Shown: positions 16,642-25,065 of the stretch, one piece after another
How positions within the stretch are numbered: position 1 is the stretch's first letter
Layout of the letters: each line of letters opens with the position of its first letter
Origin: Kineococcus radiotolerans SRS30216 = ATCC BAA-149
GTDB lineage: Bacteria > Actinomycetota > Actinomycetes > Actinomycetales > Kineococcaceae
DNA length: 32,000 nucleotides
NCBI RefSeq assembly: GCF_000017305.1
Contig: NC_009664.2
Coordinates: forward strand, 4,620,001-4,652,000
Direction: 5' to 3'
Position numbers and translations under genes: made by a program
The notes under the pieces: generated by a model
Databases searched by the model: none
What the model saw: the letters and a program-made list of their open reading frames with translations, nothing else
What the model was told of the DNA's origin: nothing

Positions 16642-17043
16642 ATGGCGATTCTCATGGTGGGTGTCGCTCAACTTCCCCGAGTCCTCGAGAAGAAGATCAC
16701 CCCCAAGAACAAGCGGACGCGACAGCGCGGTCGCATCCGCAGGCAGGTGGTCCATGAGGAGGTGCACAACTCGGGTACGGACGAGGGACTGGCCGCTTTC
16801 GTGGAGTACTTCCGGGAGCAGCCTGCGGGGCTGGATCTAGGGGAGGTGCTCAGCTGGAACCCCTACGGGGCGACCCGGGTCTACCCGCCGGCGTCGCCTG
16901 AGGTCCAGCGGTTGCAGGAGGAGTTCGAGGGTGCCGTTCACGTCGCGCCTGAAGGCGCCATGCGGGAGGCCGTGGTGCGCGGTCTTGAGGTCATCGACGA
17001 GTGCCAGCGCAACGACTACTTCCTGCTCATCTGTCCCGATTGA
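16642..17043 (+). CDS. Hypothetical protein
   Basis: The ORF frame runs from 16573. ATG at 16642 is chosen but the start is uncertain. The C-terminal part (GTDEGLAAFVEYFREQPAG...VIDECQRNDYFLLICPD) looks like a real protein. Confidence 0.5.
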   Translation: MAILMVGVAQLPRVLEKKITPKNKRTRQRGRIRRQVVHEEVHNSGTDEGLAAFVEYFREQPAGLDLGEVLSWNPYGATRVYPPASPEVQRLQEEFEGAVHVAPEGAMREAVVRGLEVIDECQRNDYFLLICPD

Positions 17044-17288
17044 ACATTCCCGCGTTGTGTGGACGGCGCCCCCACCGTGTGGGCCGGGCCCGTCGCGCTG
17101 GGTCCGCCGCCTGCTGCGGGTGGGCTGTAGAGGGGCTGCGGAGGGGCGGCAAGGCGCACGACGCGGGACCGGTGTCATCCTCGAGCCGTCTCGAGCCGCG
17201 ACTGGAGTCTGCCGGCCCGCTGAGGCGGCGCCGGGTACACGAGCCGTCTGGGAGAGGCAGCTCCACGAGCAGGCCGCTGAGCGTTCAC

Positions 17289-17348
17289 GTGGCGTCAGGC
17301 CCGGACATGCCCGCAGAAGCGCCCTGAGCGCGGATGACGGTGAAGTCG
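17289..17348 (+). repeat. Cassette-boundary repeat 19 (subtype A, degenerate core)
   Basis: Sequence gtggcgtcaggcccggacatgcccgcagaagcgccctgagcgcGGATGACGgtgaagtcg. One G is missing and the core has a C-to-G change. A second relic gcgcacgacgcgggaccggtg lies at 17154-17174. Confidence 0.6.
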
Positions 17349-17449
17349 TGCGCCGCCACCCGCGCCATGAGCAAGCACTGCGTCAGGGTGCTCGCGGGCG
17401 CGGGGGAAAGTCGCTGTCCGCTGGACGCGACAGCTCCTAGGGTGATCGT

Positions 17450-18100
17450 GTGGCCGTCATCTTGAGCGTCAACGTCGGCCAGCGCCGGCCCATCGCGGCG
17501 AAGTCGGGGACCAGTGGCATCGACAAGCGCCCGGTGGCCGGCCCGGTAGCGGTACGGGCACCCGGACCCAAGGGTGAAGGTGGCAGCGGCCTGGCAGGTG
17601 ATCAGATCAGCGACACCGCCAACCACGGTGGCGACCACCAGGCCGTCTACGCCTACGCTCGCGAGGACTTGGACCTGTGGGAGAGCGAACTGGGTCGTCC
17701 ACTGCCCAACGGCACCTTCGGGGAGAACCTCACCACCTCGGGGCTGGCCGTCAACGAAGCGGTCATCGGCGAGCGGTGGTCCATCGGTGAGGTGGTCTTG
17801 CAGGTCTCCTGCCCGCGGATCCCGTGTGTGACGTTCGCGGTGTGGTTGGGAGAGCGGCGGTGGCTGCCGCGCTTCACCCGGGCGCGTGTTCCCGGGGCCT
17901 ACCTGAGGGTGCTGACGCCGGGAACGCTCAACGCCGGTACGCGGATCGAGGTTCTGGACGTGCCAGCGCACGGGGTGAGCGTGGCCACGGCGTTCGCCGC
18001 GTTCACCACGCAGCCGGAGCTGCTGCCGCTGCTGGGCGACGTGCCGGAGCTGCCACCGGAGGATGCGCAAGTGGTCGCTCGCCGCCTCGGTCAGCGCTGA
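17450..18100 (+). CDS. MOSC-domain protein (YiiM-like)
   Basis: GTG at 17450. Signature segments GDHQAVYAYAREDLDLWESELG and GENLTTSGL...VLQVSCPRIPCVTF are typical of MOSC. Confidence 0.8.
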   Translation: MAVILSVNVGQRRPIAAKSGTSGIDKRPVAGPVAVRAPGPKGEGGSGLAGDQISDTANHGGDHQAVYAYAREDLDLWESELGRPLPNGTFGENLTTSGLAVNEAVIGERWSIGEVVLQVSCPRIPCVTFAVWLGERRWLPRFTRARVPGAYLRVLTPGTLNAGTRIEVLDVPAHGVSVATAFAAFTTQPELLPLLGDVPELPPEDAQVVARRLGQR

Positions 18101-18130
18101 GAGGCGCCAGGTGAGCAGTCATCGAGCCAG

Positions 18131-18214
18131 GTGTCGGCAGGGTGTCCAGGTCGCGCCTGGGCCGACCGGACACTGCCTGGGTGGCGACCACAATGCGGGA
18201 TGACCGCGAGGTCG
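18131..18214 (+). repeat. Cassette-boundary repeat 20
   Basis: Left block gtgtcggcagggtgtccaggtcgcg. Right part gcgaccacaatgcGGGATGACCgcgaggtcg, core at 18197-18205. Confidence 0.75.
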
Positions 18215-18239
18215 TCAGCTCGTGCGCGTCTATGGGGGC

Positions 18240-19238
18240 TCAGCTGGTGGTCCCGTACTCGTTGAAGATCGCTTTGAGGACGCGGCGAGCTGTAGCGGCT
18301 GCTTCTGCATCGTCGTCAAGGACTCCGACGTAGGTGGCCAGGGTCTTCCACAGCGCCCAGCCGCGTCCTCGAGCCCACGTACCTTCATCAACGCCCATCC
18401 GGTGGCGGAAGGCCACCCGGCCTGCGGTGTTCAGCAGGGTCCAGGCCGCGGCGAGGTCGCAGGCGGGGTCACCGACCCCGCAGGTGCCGAAGTCGATGAC
18501 CGCGCCGAGCCGGCCCTCGCGCAGCAGCAGGTTGCCGGCGGCGATGTCGCCGTGGAACCAGACCGGCACCCGGTTCCACCGCGCCTCCAAGGCGGTAGCC
18601 CACACGGCGCGGGCCAGCTCGACGTCGATGCCCGCGTCGATGCCCGCGGCGGGGCGGTCCTTGAGGGTGCTCAACGCGTTCTGCGTTGTCTTGTCGTAGG
18701 TGCGCAGCGTGCCGCCGCGAAACCAGTTGTGGATCCCTGGTGCCGGCCCGTCGGTGGCGTCGATGCGCTGCAGGGCGGTGAGGAAGTCGGCGAGGTCGAG
18801 GGCGAAACGGACCGGGTCGACCTCACCGTCGACCTCACCGCCGACACCGCGGGCGCCGTTGGTGCTGCCGTCAGCGATGCGGGCGGCCGTCACCGGGCCC
18901 TCGGGCAGCCACCGGTACACCGACCAGGCGAAGGGGTAACCGCGGCCGGGTGCGCCCTGGGCCAGTGGGGTGGAGATGGGCAGCGGGAGCTGCGCTGCGA
19001 GCTGGGGGAGCCAGCGGTGCTCCTTGTCCACGGCGAGGGCGTACTCGGCGGCGCTGGGCAGGCGCACTGACATGTCCGGGCCGAGGTGGAAGGTGAAGTT
19101 GTCCCAACCGCCGTCGGGGACCGGGTCCACCGGCAGGTCGGCCCAGTGGGGGAACTGGTCGGTGATGAGCTGGTGGACCAGGTCGGCCTCGACGCTGAGG
19201 CGGGTCGGTACGGGGCCGAGGTCGTGGGCGGTGCTCAT
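18240..19238 (-). CDS. Aminoglycoside phosphotransferase-family kinase
   Basis: 332 aa. Catalytic motif WFHGDIAAGNLLL and IDFGTCGVGDPACDLA. N-terminal segment LVHQLITDQFPHWADLPV is typical of APH(3')/APH(6)-like proteins. Confidence 0.8.
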   Translation of the reverse strand: MSTAHDLGPVPTRLSVEADLVHQLITDQFPHWADLPVDPVPDGGWDNFTFHLGPDMSVRLPSAAEYALAVDKEHRWLPQLAAQLPLPISTPLAQGAPGRGYPFAWSVYRWLPEGPVTAARIADGSTNGARGVGGEVDGEVDPVRFALDLADFLTALQRIDATDGPAPGIHNWFRGGTLRTYDKTTQNALSTLKDRPAAGIDAGIDVELARAVWATALEARWNRVPVWFHGDIAAGNLLLREGRLGAVIDFGTCGVGDPACDLAAAWTLLNTAGRVAFRHRMGVDEGTWARGRGWALWKTLATYVGVLDDDAEAAATARRVLKAIFNEYGTTS

Positions 19239-19386
19239 GCACGCGGTCTCGCGCCGTCTCCCGGGCGGGGTGTGGGCGCTGCGGTGGCTTCGTCCGAGGC
19301 TGCCTGGGCTGCTTCGTCGTCGTAGATCATGCCGGTCATGCCGATCAGGCTGGCAGACGGGACTGCGGCTCTCGCCGGCACCTCGT

Positions 19387-19456
19387 GCTTCTCGGCAGAA
19401 CCGCGATGTCGACAGGCCAGTCGAGACCGCCCAGATCGCGGGATGACCGTGAAGTC
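19387..19456 (+). repeat. Cassette-boundary repeat 21 (subtype C, full length)
   Basis: Sequence gcttctcggcagaaccgcgatgtcgacaggccagtcgagaccgcccagatcgcGGGATGACCgtgaagtc, core at 19440-19448. Confidence 0.85.
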
Positions 19457-19474
19457 AGTGGCGGGACGTTGACC

Positions 19475-19918
19475 ATGCGCCAGGCTGGTGCCGTGACCAT
19501 CGAGATGACCCGAGGAGACCGGCAGAGCTTCTCCCGAGCCTCCTACGGACAGCATCTGCACCAAGTCTCCTTCGCCGGACAAGACCTGACCTCCGTAAGC
19601 ATCCCCAGGCTGCTGTGGCTCGAACGGTGCTCCTTCGACGGGGCGGACCTTCGCCAGGCCACGCTGGACGGCATGCACCTGAAGCTCTGCACCCTGAAGG
19701 ACGCGAACCTGCGCGGAGCCTCGCTACGAGGTGTCAGCTTCACCGGCTGTGACCTGACGGGAGCCGACCTGCGTGACGCAGACCTGCACGGGGCATCGTT
19801 TGGTGCCGTGAACACCGGCAACAGCAGCGGACGGACGGTGTTGAGCGGGGCGCTGCTCGATCAAGCTGCATTGGTCGACGCGGAGGTCGATGCCAGCACC
19901 GTGCTTCCGGAGGACTGA
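19475..19918 (+). CDS. Pentapeptide-repeat protein (MfpA/Qnr-like fold)
   Basis: ATG at 19475. Runs of A(D/N)LxG pentapeptides: CSFDGADLRQATLDGMHLKLCTLKDANLRGASLRGVSFTGCDLTGADLRDADLHGASF. Confidence 0.75.
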   Translation: MRQAGAVTIEMTRGDRQSFSRASYGQHLHQVSFAGQDLTSVSIPRLLWLERCSFDGADLRQATLDGMHLKLCTLKDANLRGASLRGVSFTGCDLTGADLRDADLHGASFGAVNTGNSSGRTVLSGALLDQAALVDAEVDASTVLPED

Positions 19919-19930
19919 CGCAAGTCTCGC

Positions 19931-19977
19931 GAGGGACCGGGACCTGGCTGTGTCACGGATTGCGGGATGACCGCGCG
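19931..19977 (+). repeat. Cassette-boundary repeat 22
   Basis: Sequence gagggaccgggacctggctgtgtcacggattgcGGGATGACCgcgcg, core at 19964-19972. Confidence 0.75.
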
Positions 19978-20005
19978 TTTTGGACGGAGTGCCATGGGCG
20001 GGGTC

Positions 20006-20581
20006 CTATAAATGGTGGGGTTGCTGTCTTGCCCGCTCGGCGGCGAGTAGGCGCTGCACCAGCTCAGACTTGGCCTCGAGGTAGGCCTGCCGGTCGGTGC
20101 GCAGCAGGGGAGCTATCCGCTTCTTCAACGCTCCGTACTCGGCCGCGGCCGCAGGGTGGCAGCGCAGGTGCTCGCGCAGGAGTACGTGGTCCAGGTGGGG
20201 CTGGCTGCCATCGATGACGACGTAGAGGTGGTGGTAGGGCAGATCGGGTCGAGCCTGCAAGGCTTGCCTTCCGGGAATGCCGAGGTCACCTTCGGGTGTC
20301 CATCCTCCGCTGGCCAGGGCGTGTACTGCGGCACGCGAGGCGTGCTCGTCGGCGACGACGACGTCCACGTCGATGATTGGCTTGGCGGCCAGGCCGGGAA
20401 CGGCGGTGGAGCCGACATGCTCGATGCTCAGAGCGACGTCGGCGACCAGCGGGTGAAGGCAGGAGCGCAGCATGTCGAAGTCCTCACGCCAGTGGGGGTC
20501 GTAGTCGACGACGACTGCGGGTGGGGTGTGAGTCGCCTCATCGCCCCGGCGGGTTCGTGCGGTACCTGGCGAGTCGTCCAT
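20006..20581 (-). CDS. GrpB-family protein (nucleotidyltransferase fold)
   Basis: ATG at 20581. Signature VVVDYDPHWREDF...IEHVGSTAVPGLAAKPIIDVDVVV...HHLYVV...REHLRCHPAAAAEYGALK matches GrpB. Confidence 0.8.
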   Translation of the reverse strand: MDDSPGTARTRRGDEATHTPPAVVVDYDPHWREDFDMLRSCLHPLVADVALSIEHVGSTAVPGLAAKPIIDVDVVVADEHASRAAVHALASGGWTPEGDLGIPGRQALQARPDLPYHHLYVVIDGSQPHLDHVLLREHLRCHPAAAAEYGALKKRIAPLLRTDRQAYLEAKSELVQRLLAAERARQQPHHL

Positions 20582-20642
20582 GATGCTCAGCTTGCCCGAG
20601 TAGCAGCAGCTGCCGGCCGGGGGGACACATCCGGAACTCAGC

Positions 20643-20697
20643 AGCTCAGGACGTCCGAGGCCGGCCATGATCGCGCACTGAGCGCAGGATGACCACG
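20643..20697 (+). repeat. Cassette-boundary repeat 23 (subtype A, variant core)
   Basis: Sequence gctcaggacgtccgaggccggccatgatcgcgcactgagcgcAGGATGACCacgcg, core at 20685-20693. Confidence 0.8.
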
Positions 20698-20731
20698 CGG
20701 TGCTCAGCAGATGGCCTACGCCAGGACGCGG

Positions 20732-21222
20732 TCAGTCCGGCCGGTGGCTCCCCGCAGCTCCGTCGATGAGCTCGCGCAGGATGTCCATGTGCCCGGCATG
20801 GCGCGCGGTCTCCTCAACCAAGCCGATGAGGACTCGGCGCAGGCTGACCTGATCACCGAACCACGCCGTGCCCACGTCCTCGATGCCGTGCTCGGCGATC
20901 ACCGCATCGAAAGCGGCGCGGGCGCGTCCGTAGAAGGCGACGATGTCAGCGCTCGACTCGTGCGGGCCGGCGTTCATGTCGGCGACGGGATCGGTCTCCA
21001 GCACCTCCGTCACTCGGCCGTAGGTCGTAGGCAGCCACTCGTACTCGACCCCGGCGAGGTGTTTGACCAGCCCAGCAGGTTGGTGCCCGTGGGGGTCATG
21101 GGCCGGCGCAGCTGCTCCTCGTCGAGGCCCTCTAGCTTCCACAGGACGGCGTCGCGGTGGCGGTCGAGGCTGATGTGCAAGCTGGTCTTCTCCTCACCCC
21201 TGAGCGGCACCCGCTTCGCCAT
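20732..21222 (-). pseudogene. DinB/DUF664-family (mycothiol-transferase-like) gene with a 1-nt frameshift
   Basis: The N-terminal half MAKRVPLRGEEKTSLHISLDRHRDAVLWKLEGLDEEQLRRPMTPTGTNLLG is in one frame. LVKHLAGVEYEW...EETARHAGHMDILRELIDG continues in another frame. The junction at about 21065-21078 (ctgctgggctggtc on the - strand) is consistent with one missing base. Confidence 0.7.
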
Positions 21223-21339
21223 GGCAGCCACCCTCCCATCACCCTGCCATGACCTCGACACCGCAAGACCCCTCGGAGGCCACCCCAGCCACGCAGCGGG
21301 CGCGGCGGGCGCGTGTGGGCTTCCCGATACGGTCCTGCG

Positions 21340-21786
21340 GTGCCTCACGACCGCTTCCGCCTGCCCGTCGCCGTCTACGGGATCCTGCGGGTCGGAGAGC
21401 AGGTTCTGATGCTGCGCCGCGCCGGCACCACCTTCCGCGCAGGTCAGCTGAGCCTGCCCGCCGGGCACCTGGAGGGCGGGGAGGACGCCGTGGCCGGGTT
21501 GCTACGCGAGCTGCGCGAGGAGGTCGGCGTCGAGGCGACGCCGACCGACTGCCGCCTGGCGCTGGTGGTGCACTCAGCGCCCGAGGACGAGGACGATCTG
21601 GAGTACCTGCACCTGTTCTTCGTCCTGGAACAGTGGAGCGGTGAGCCGGTCGTTGGTGAGCCGGACAAGTGCAGCGAGCTGGTGTGGGTGAGTCCGGCTG
21701 CGTTGCCCGGCGATGTCGTGGACTACGTGGCCGAGGCGCTTCAGGCGATCGAGCGGGGTGAGTCCTTGCTGCTGCACGGCTGGTGA
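21340..21786 (+). CDS. NUDIX hydrolase
   Basis: Nudix box GHLEGGEDAVAGLLRELREEVGV. The start is uncertain (GTG at 21340 or 21313). Divergent from the DinB pseudogene. Confidence 0.8.
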   Translation: MPHDRFRLPVAVYGILRVGEQVLMLRRAGTTFRAGQLSLPAGHLEGGEDAVAGLLRELREEVGVEATPTDCRLALVVHSAPEDEDDLEYLHLFFVLEQWSGEPVVGEPDKCSELVWVSPAALPGDVVDYVAEALQAIERGESLLLHGW

Positions 21787-21821
21787 CCAGGCGCGGTCCT
21801 GGGGCGCGGATGGACTACCCA

Positions 21822-21909
21822 GCCATCGCCGTGTCCGGGGCATCGCCGGCAGCTCAGGACCGCGCACAACGCGGGATGACCGCGCGGACGGCGGGATGAC
21901 CGTGAAGTC
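21822..21909 (+). repeat. Cassette-boundary repeat 24 (subtype B, doublet core)
   Basis: Sequence gccatcgccgtgtccggggcatcgccggcagctcaggaccgcgcacaacgcGGGATGACCgcgcggacggcGGGATGACCgtgaagtc. Cores at 21873 and 21893, 20 bp apart. Confidence 0.85.
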
Positions 21910-21966
21910 GTCTCACCGCGCGGAGCGCGGCTACTGCGGCTGCAGCGGTGCTCACGAGGCGGGGCC

Positions 21967-22476
21967 TCAGATGTGCACGGCGTCTTCGCTGGTGCTGTAG
22001 CCGCCGCGTTGGGCTAGGAGTAGGTGCTGGGACTGGCTGAAGATGGGGAGGCGTCGGAAGGTCTGACGGAAGCCCTCTGCGCGGAAGCGCACGTCGAAGT
22101 CGGATCCGGCGATGTGCCAGCCCTCAGTGGTGCGGGTGATGTCGGAGATGTCCAGCCAGCCTGTGCCGCCGGCGGTGTTCATGCCGATGTTGAGGTCCAT
22201 CACGCGGTGGAAGATCAGCGTGGCGGGGGCGACCCAGAAGTCGTAGAGGCCGCGGCGTGGGTCCCGCAGTCGGCGGCGGGGTGGCTCGACCCAGCGGGTG
22301 ATGTAGTCGAGGTCGATGACGAGGCGGTCCATCAGCCAGTCGACGTCCTCGGCGTAGGGCTCTTCGGTCTTCTGGATGGTGAAGGACCACATGGTGGCGT
22401 CGTGCCAGCCCATGTCGGCAAAGTCGGCCTCGGTCCAGACGGCCTTGGCCAGGCCGTGCTCGTGCTCGGTCGTCAC
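21967..22476 (-). CDS. Hypothetical protein (immunity-protein-like size and composition)
   Basis: 169 aa, GC3-rich, MTTEHEHGLAKAVWTEADFADMGWHDATMWSF... No family recognised. Confidence 0.6.
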   Translation of the reverse strand: MTTEHEHGLAKAVWTEADFADMGWHDATMWSFTIQKTEEPYAEDVDWLMDRLVIDLDYITRWVEPPRRRLRDPRRGLYDFWVAPATLIFHRVMDLNIGMNTAGGTGWLDISDITRTTEGWHIAGSDFDVRFRAEGFRQTFRRLPIFSQSQHLLLAQRGGYSTSEDAVHI

Positions 22477-22518
22477 CGCAGCAGGCTATCGAGGCACGGG
22501 GCGCGTTCTGGGCCCAAG

Positions 22519-22548
22519 ACGTACCGCAGCGCGGGATGACCGGTAGAT
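22519..22548 (+). repeat. Cassette-boundary repeat 25 (short)
   Basis: Sequence acgtaccgcagcgcGGGATGACCggtagat, core at 22533-22541. Confidence 0.7.
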
Positions 22549-22580
22549 CGGCCGTGTGCTCGTTGCGGCAGGCTAGGGCC

Positions 22581-22820
22581 ATGGACGGCACCTGGGACGC
22601 GGAGGTCGACGCGGCTTACATCGACTTGAGTGGCGACTGCACCGACCTCGCACTGGAGCAGGTCATCGTGGACACGGGGTCGAAGGAGTACGAGGTGATC
22701 CTTGACTTCAGCACCGCGGGTCGTCTGCTGGGAGTCGAGGTGCTGGGCGCTACGACTGCCCTAGACCCTGCTCTGCTCCGGACGCTGCGTCGTATCGACG
22801 GGTCGGCAGAAGCGCACTGA
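22581..22820 (+). CDS. DUF2283-like small protein
   Basis: ATG at 22581. The segment DAEVDAAYIDLSG...ILDFSTAGRLLGVEVLGAT recalls DUF2283. Its last codons and TGA stop (22818-22820) lie inside repeat 26. Confidence 0.65.
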   Translation: MDGTWDAEVDAAYIDLSGDCTDLALEQVIVDTGSKEYEVILDFSTAGRLLGVEVLGATTALDPALLRTLRRIDGSAEAH

Positions 22821-22836
22821 GCGCGGGATGACCGGA
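22806..22836 (+). repeat. Cassette-boundary repeat 26 (subtype A, short, overlaps a gene end)
   Basis: Sequence gcagaagcgcacTGAgcgcGGGATGACCgga, core at 22825-22833. The same gcagaagcgcNctgagcgcgg string occurs in repeat 19. Confidence 0.8.
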
Positions 22837-22925
22837 TGCTTGTCGGGGACCATCCTGACCGGTGGCTGCGCCCGCGTCTGCAAGGAGCGACCCACCCAGG
22901 AGGCGCGCCCAGTACCGTCGCGCCT

Positions 22926-23333
22926 GTGACGGATGAGGAGTTCGACGCCCTGTGGAACCGTGCGTGCGAGTGGGACGCTCCGGCCATCAAGACCCACCGC
23001 GGGGATGAGGCTCTGCACGTCGCGCTGACCTTCCACGGCAGCGTCATGAACGGCGGCCTGCTGGACGCGGTGGAGAACTACGGCGAGGACCTCGAGTACC
23101 CCCTGCCCCGGGTGCTGCAGGCCTACCGCTTCCTGGGCCTGGACGCCGTCGCCTCGATCATCGAGCGGGCACGCCAGGAGTACGAAGAGCTGGCGGGTGC
23201 TGACGGCCAGGTGCACGACGACCTCACCGCGGAGCGCGTCGACGCCTCGTACTCCTTGGACGGCGACGCTCTCAGTGCCGCAGCCCGTGCCGTGGTGGAG
23301 GCGTCTCCGAACGGCTTCGCCCCGCTCAGCTGA
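22926..23333 (+). CDS. Hypothetical protein (DMP19/DUF4375-like by weak recall)
   Basis: GTG at 22926 (VTDEEFDALWNR...). The segment HGSVMNGGLLDAVENYG recalls the NGG motif of DUF4375-type proteins. Confidence 0.55.
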   Translation: MTDEEFDALWNRACEWDAPAIKTHRGDEALHVALTFHGSVMNGGLLDAVENYGEDLEYPLPRVLQAYRFLGLDAVASIIERARQEYEELAGADGQVHDDLTAERVDASYSLDGDALSAAARAVVEASPNGFAPLS

Positions 23334-23403
23334 GAGCACCACCAGCCTGATCCGTGCTCGGGCACCGTCCGTACTTCGACAGATGAGTGAAGTCGCCAGC
23401 CGC

Positions 23404-23438
23404 CAGCGTCAGCGCGCACATCGCGGATGATCGTGCGG
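23404..23438 (+). repeat. Cassette-boundary repeat 27 (degenerate)
   Basis: Sequence cagcgtcagcgcgcacatcgcGGATGATCgtgcgg. The core has lost one G and has a C-to-T change. Confidence 0.55.
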
Positions 23439-23476
23439 TTGAAGCCTCGGCTGCGGGTAGCGACGGAGCGCTGATG

Positions 23477-23830
23477 CTAGAAGGGGATGCGTGGGCTGCG
23501 TAGCTCGCCGATGAGCAGGGCGAGCACCTTGCCGTCTTCGCTCTCCCAGCGCTGCAGCCCGCCTTCGTTGTTCACGAAGCGGACCAGGCCGGCTTTGATG
23601 ATCTTGCGTCGTTCGGCGTCGGTGGCCACACGCTTGGACCCCACGCGGGGGTTGGGGCTGCAGTCGAGGAGGTTGAAGACCATGACGTCGGCGGCGTTGA
23701 GCAGGTCGCTTTCGCGCTTCCAGAGGCGGTCGCTGGTCAGGTGGTAGGTGCGGGTGCCGTCTCAGAAGAGGTCGTCGTCGGTGTACTCCGGTTCCCCCGG
23801 CTGCAGGGGGTAGCCGCTCCAGTCCTTCAC
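23477..23830 (-). pseudogene. Hypothetical gene interrupted by an in-frame TGA
   Basis: - strand frame: VKDWSGYPLQPGEPEYTDDDLF, then TGA at 23762-23764, then DGTRTYHLTSDRLWKRESDLLNAADVMVFNLLDC...RIPF. Alternatively only the 68-aa ORF 23477-23683 is real. GC is lower than in the neighbours. Confidence 0.4.
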
Positions 23831-23896
23831 CGCAGCAGCATGTCCTGTGGCTCCTCAGCCTGCCAGCGACTTCCCGACCGAGCGGGTGACCCGAGG

Positions 23897-23936
23897 CCGC
23901 TCAGTGCCAGGCCAGCGCGATGACCGTGACGTCGGT
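23897..23936 (+). repeat. Cassette-boundary repeat 28 (degenerate)
   Basis: Sequence ccgctcagtgccaggccagcgcGATGACCgtgacgtcgg. The GGG of the core is lost but ATGACCGTGACGTC is intact. Confidence 0.55.
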
Positions 23937-24045
23937 CAGGGTGCGTCGGGTGGGCGTCGGGTGGGCGCCGGGTGGGGCGCGTCCGTGTGGGTGATTTGCC
24001 TCGGCATCGTCAGGCGTCGGAGTGCAGGCCTGTTAGCTTCCGGCG

Positions 24046-24288
24046 GTGCGCTACCGCTTCAAGCCCAGCAAGCCGGCCGCCGTCCTGGGCGCGTTCGTCG
24101 GGGCGGGCATGCTGGTGTTCGGCATCAGCAGCTTCAAGGACACAGACTCACGTCCCTTCATGATCTTCTGGTGCCTCGTCGTCGTCGCCATCGTCGTCTT
24201 CAACCTGTGGTCGGCGTTCAGCACCAAGGGGTCCTCGGGGTCCTTCGAGGCCACCGACGATGAGCATGACCACCGCCCCCGCCGGTGA
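24046..24288 (+). CDS. Small two-TM membrane protein
   Basis: ATG at 24046. Two hydrophobic helices (AAVLGAFVGAGMLVFGI and FMIFWCLVVVAIVVFNLW) and an acidic tail. Confidence 0.55.
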   Translation: MRYRFKPSKPAAVLGAFVGAGMLVFGISSFKDTDSRPFMIFWCLVVVAIVVFNLWSAFSTKGSSGSFEATDDEHDHRPRR

Positions 24289-24414
24289 AGAGGCGGTCCC
24301 GGCGAGAGAACGGTTCCGGTGAGGAACGGCCGAGGATGCGCAGGACAGGCAACCCGCCGTGAGCGCAAGGCGGGTAGAGCAAGCAGGGCAGGTAGCGCAG
24401 TCGAGCGCTGACCG

Positions 24415-25062
24415 GTGGTGGCCTGCCGCGGTGGGCGCAACGAACCCGGTGGTCCCGGTGGGCTCGGTGGCCCCGGTGGGCTCGGTGACGGGGTGAGCAG
24501 CAGCGCCGGACGGTGGGCGACGCCCCCACGTCGCTGGCACCGCCCGTCCTGGGATGAGGCGGCCGGCTCGTTCTTCTGGGTCACCTTCGTCGCGGGGGTC
24601 CTGCTGGCCGCTACCGGTGACTGGGCAAGCCTGGTGGTGGGGAGCGGCTCGATGCTGGTGGGGGCGATCAGCAGCTACCACCACGCCGATGAGGAAGCTC
24701 CCTACGCCAAGCGTTTCTCCCAACCTCTTGATGCAGCGACCCAGCAGCTCGTGCACGACAGCGTGAGCGAGGGCCGGTGGCCGCCAGAGGCGGCGCTGCG
24801 GGAGCTGGGGCTGGCCTACGCCGCAGGATGGGCGCGGCGGGTGCGGCGGGGTCTGGCCATCGCTGTTGTGGTCGTTGTCGGGTCCTGCCTGGCCTGTGCG
24901 TTGCTGGTGTGGCTGCTCGATCAGCGCTGGCCGGAGTCGACCCCGACGAGGTCGTGGGGGGTGGTGATCACCGTGGCGGGGGCGGTGGGATGGCTGCTTA
25001 CCGCGGTCGTTCCCGGGATGAGACGTCTGCGGGCACTGCGCCGCCTGCAACGGTCCGCGTGA
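24415..25062 (+). CDS. Membrane protein (start uncertain)
   Basis: Hydrophobic helices FFWVTFVAGVLLAATG, LAIAVVVVVGSCLACALLVWLL and WGVVITVAGAVGWLLTAVV. The first 25-40 codons overlap an 18-bp tandem and may not be coding. Confidence 0.45.
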   Translation: MVACRGGRNEPGGPGGLGGPGGLGDGVSSSAGRWATPPRRWHRPSWDEAAGSFFWVTFVAGVLLAATGDWASLVVGSGSMLVGAISSYHHADEEAPYAKRFSQPLDAATQQLVHDSVSEGRWPPEAALRELGLAYAAGWARRVRRGLAIAVVVVVGSCLACALLVWLLDQRWPESTPTRSWGVVITVAGAVGWLLTAVVPGMRRLRALRRLQRSA

Positions 25063-25065
25063 CGT

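Noticed and set aside
17044-17185. Possible minus-strand partial copies: revcomp of 17044-17062 gives cacacaacgcgggaatgtt, and revcomp of 17168-17185 gives gctcgaggatgacaccgg
   Set aside because: Both are short and imperfect with indels in the core. They are not enough to overturn the one-strand rule and need a PWM scan to evaluate.
21246-21262. Possible degenerate core (gccATGACCtcGACacc) between the divergent DinB pseudogene and the NUDIX gene
   Set aside because: It matches only ATGACC..GAC and lacks the GCGGG prefix and the flanking blocks. It could be chance, so DinB plus NUDIX is treated as one two-gene unit.
462-22833. The ATG inside the core (gggATGACCgtgacg) as a conserved start codon; many track ORFs begin MTVTS, MTVRS or MTGR
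   Set aside because: The ORFs starting there are Arg/Pro-rich and not conserved beyond the repeat. They are often out of frame with the credible downstream gene (for example 19443 versus 19475), and no Shine-Dalgarno sequence precedes the ATG.
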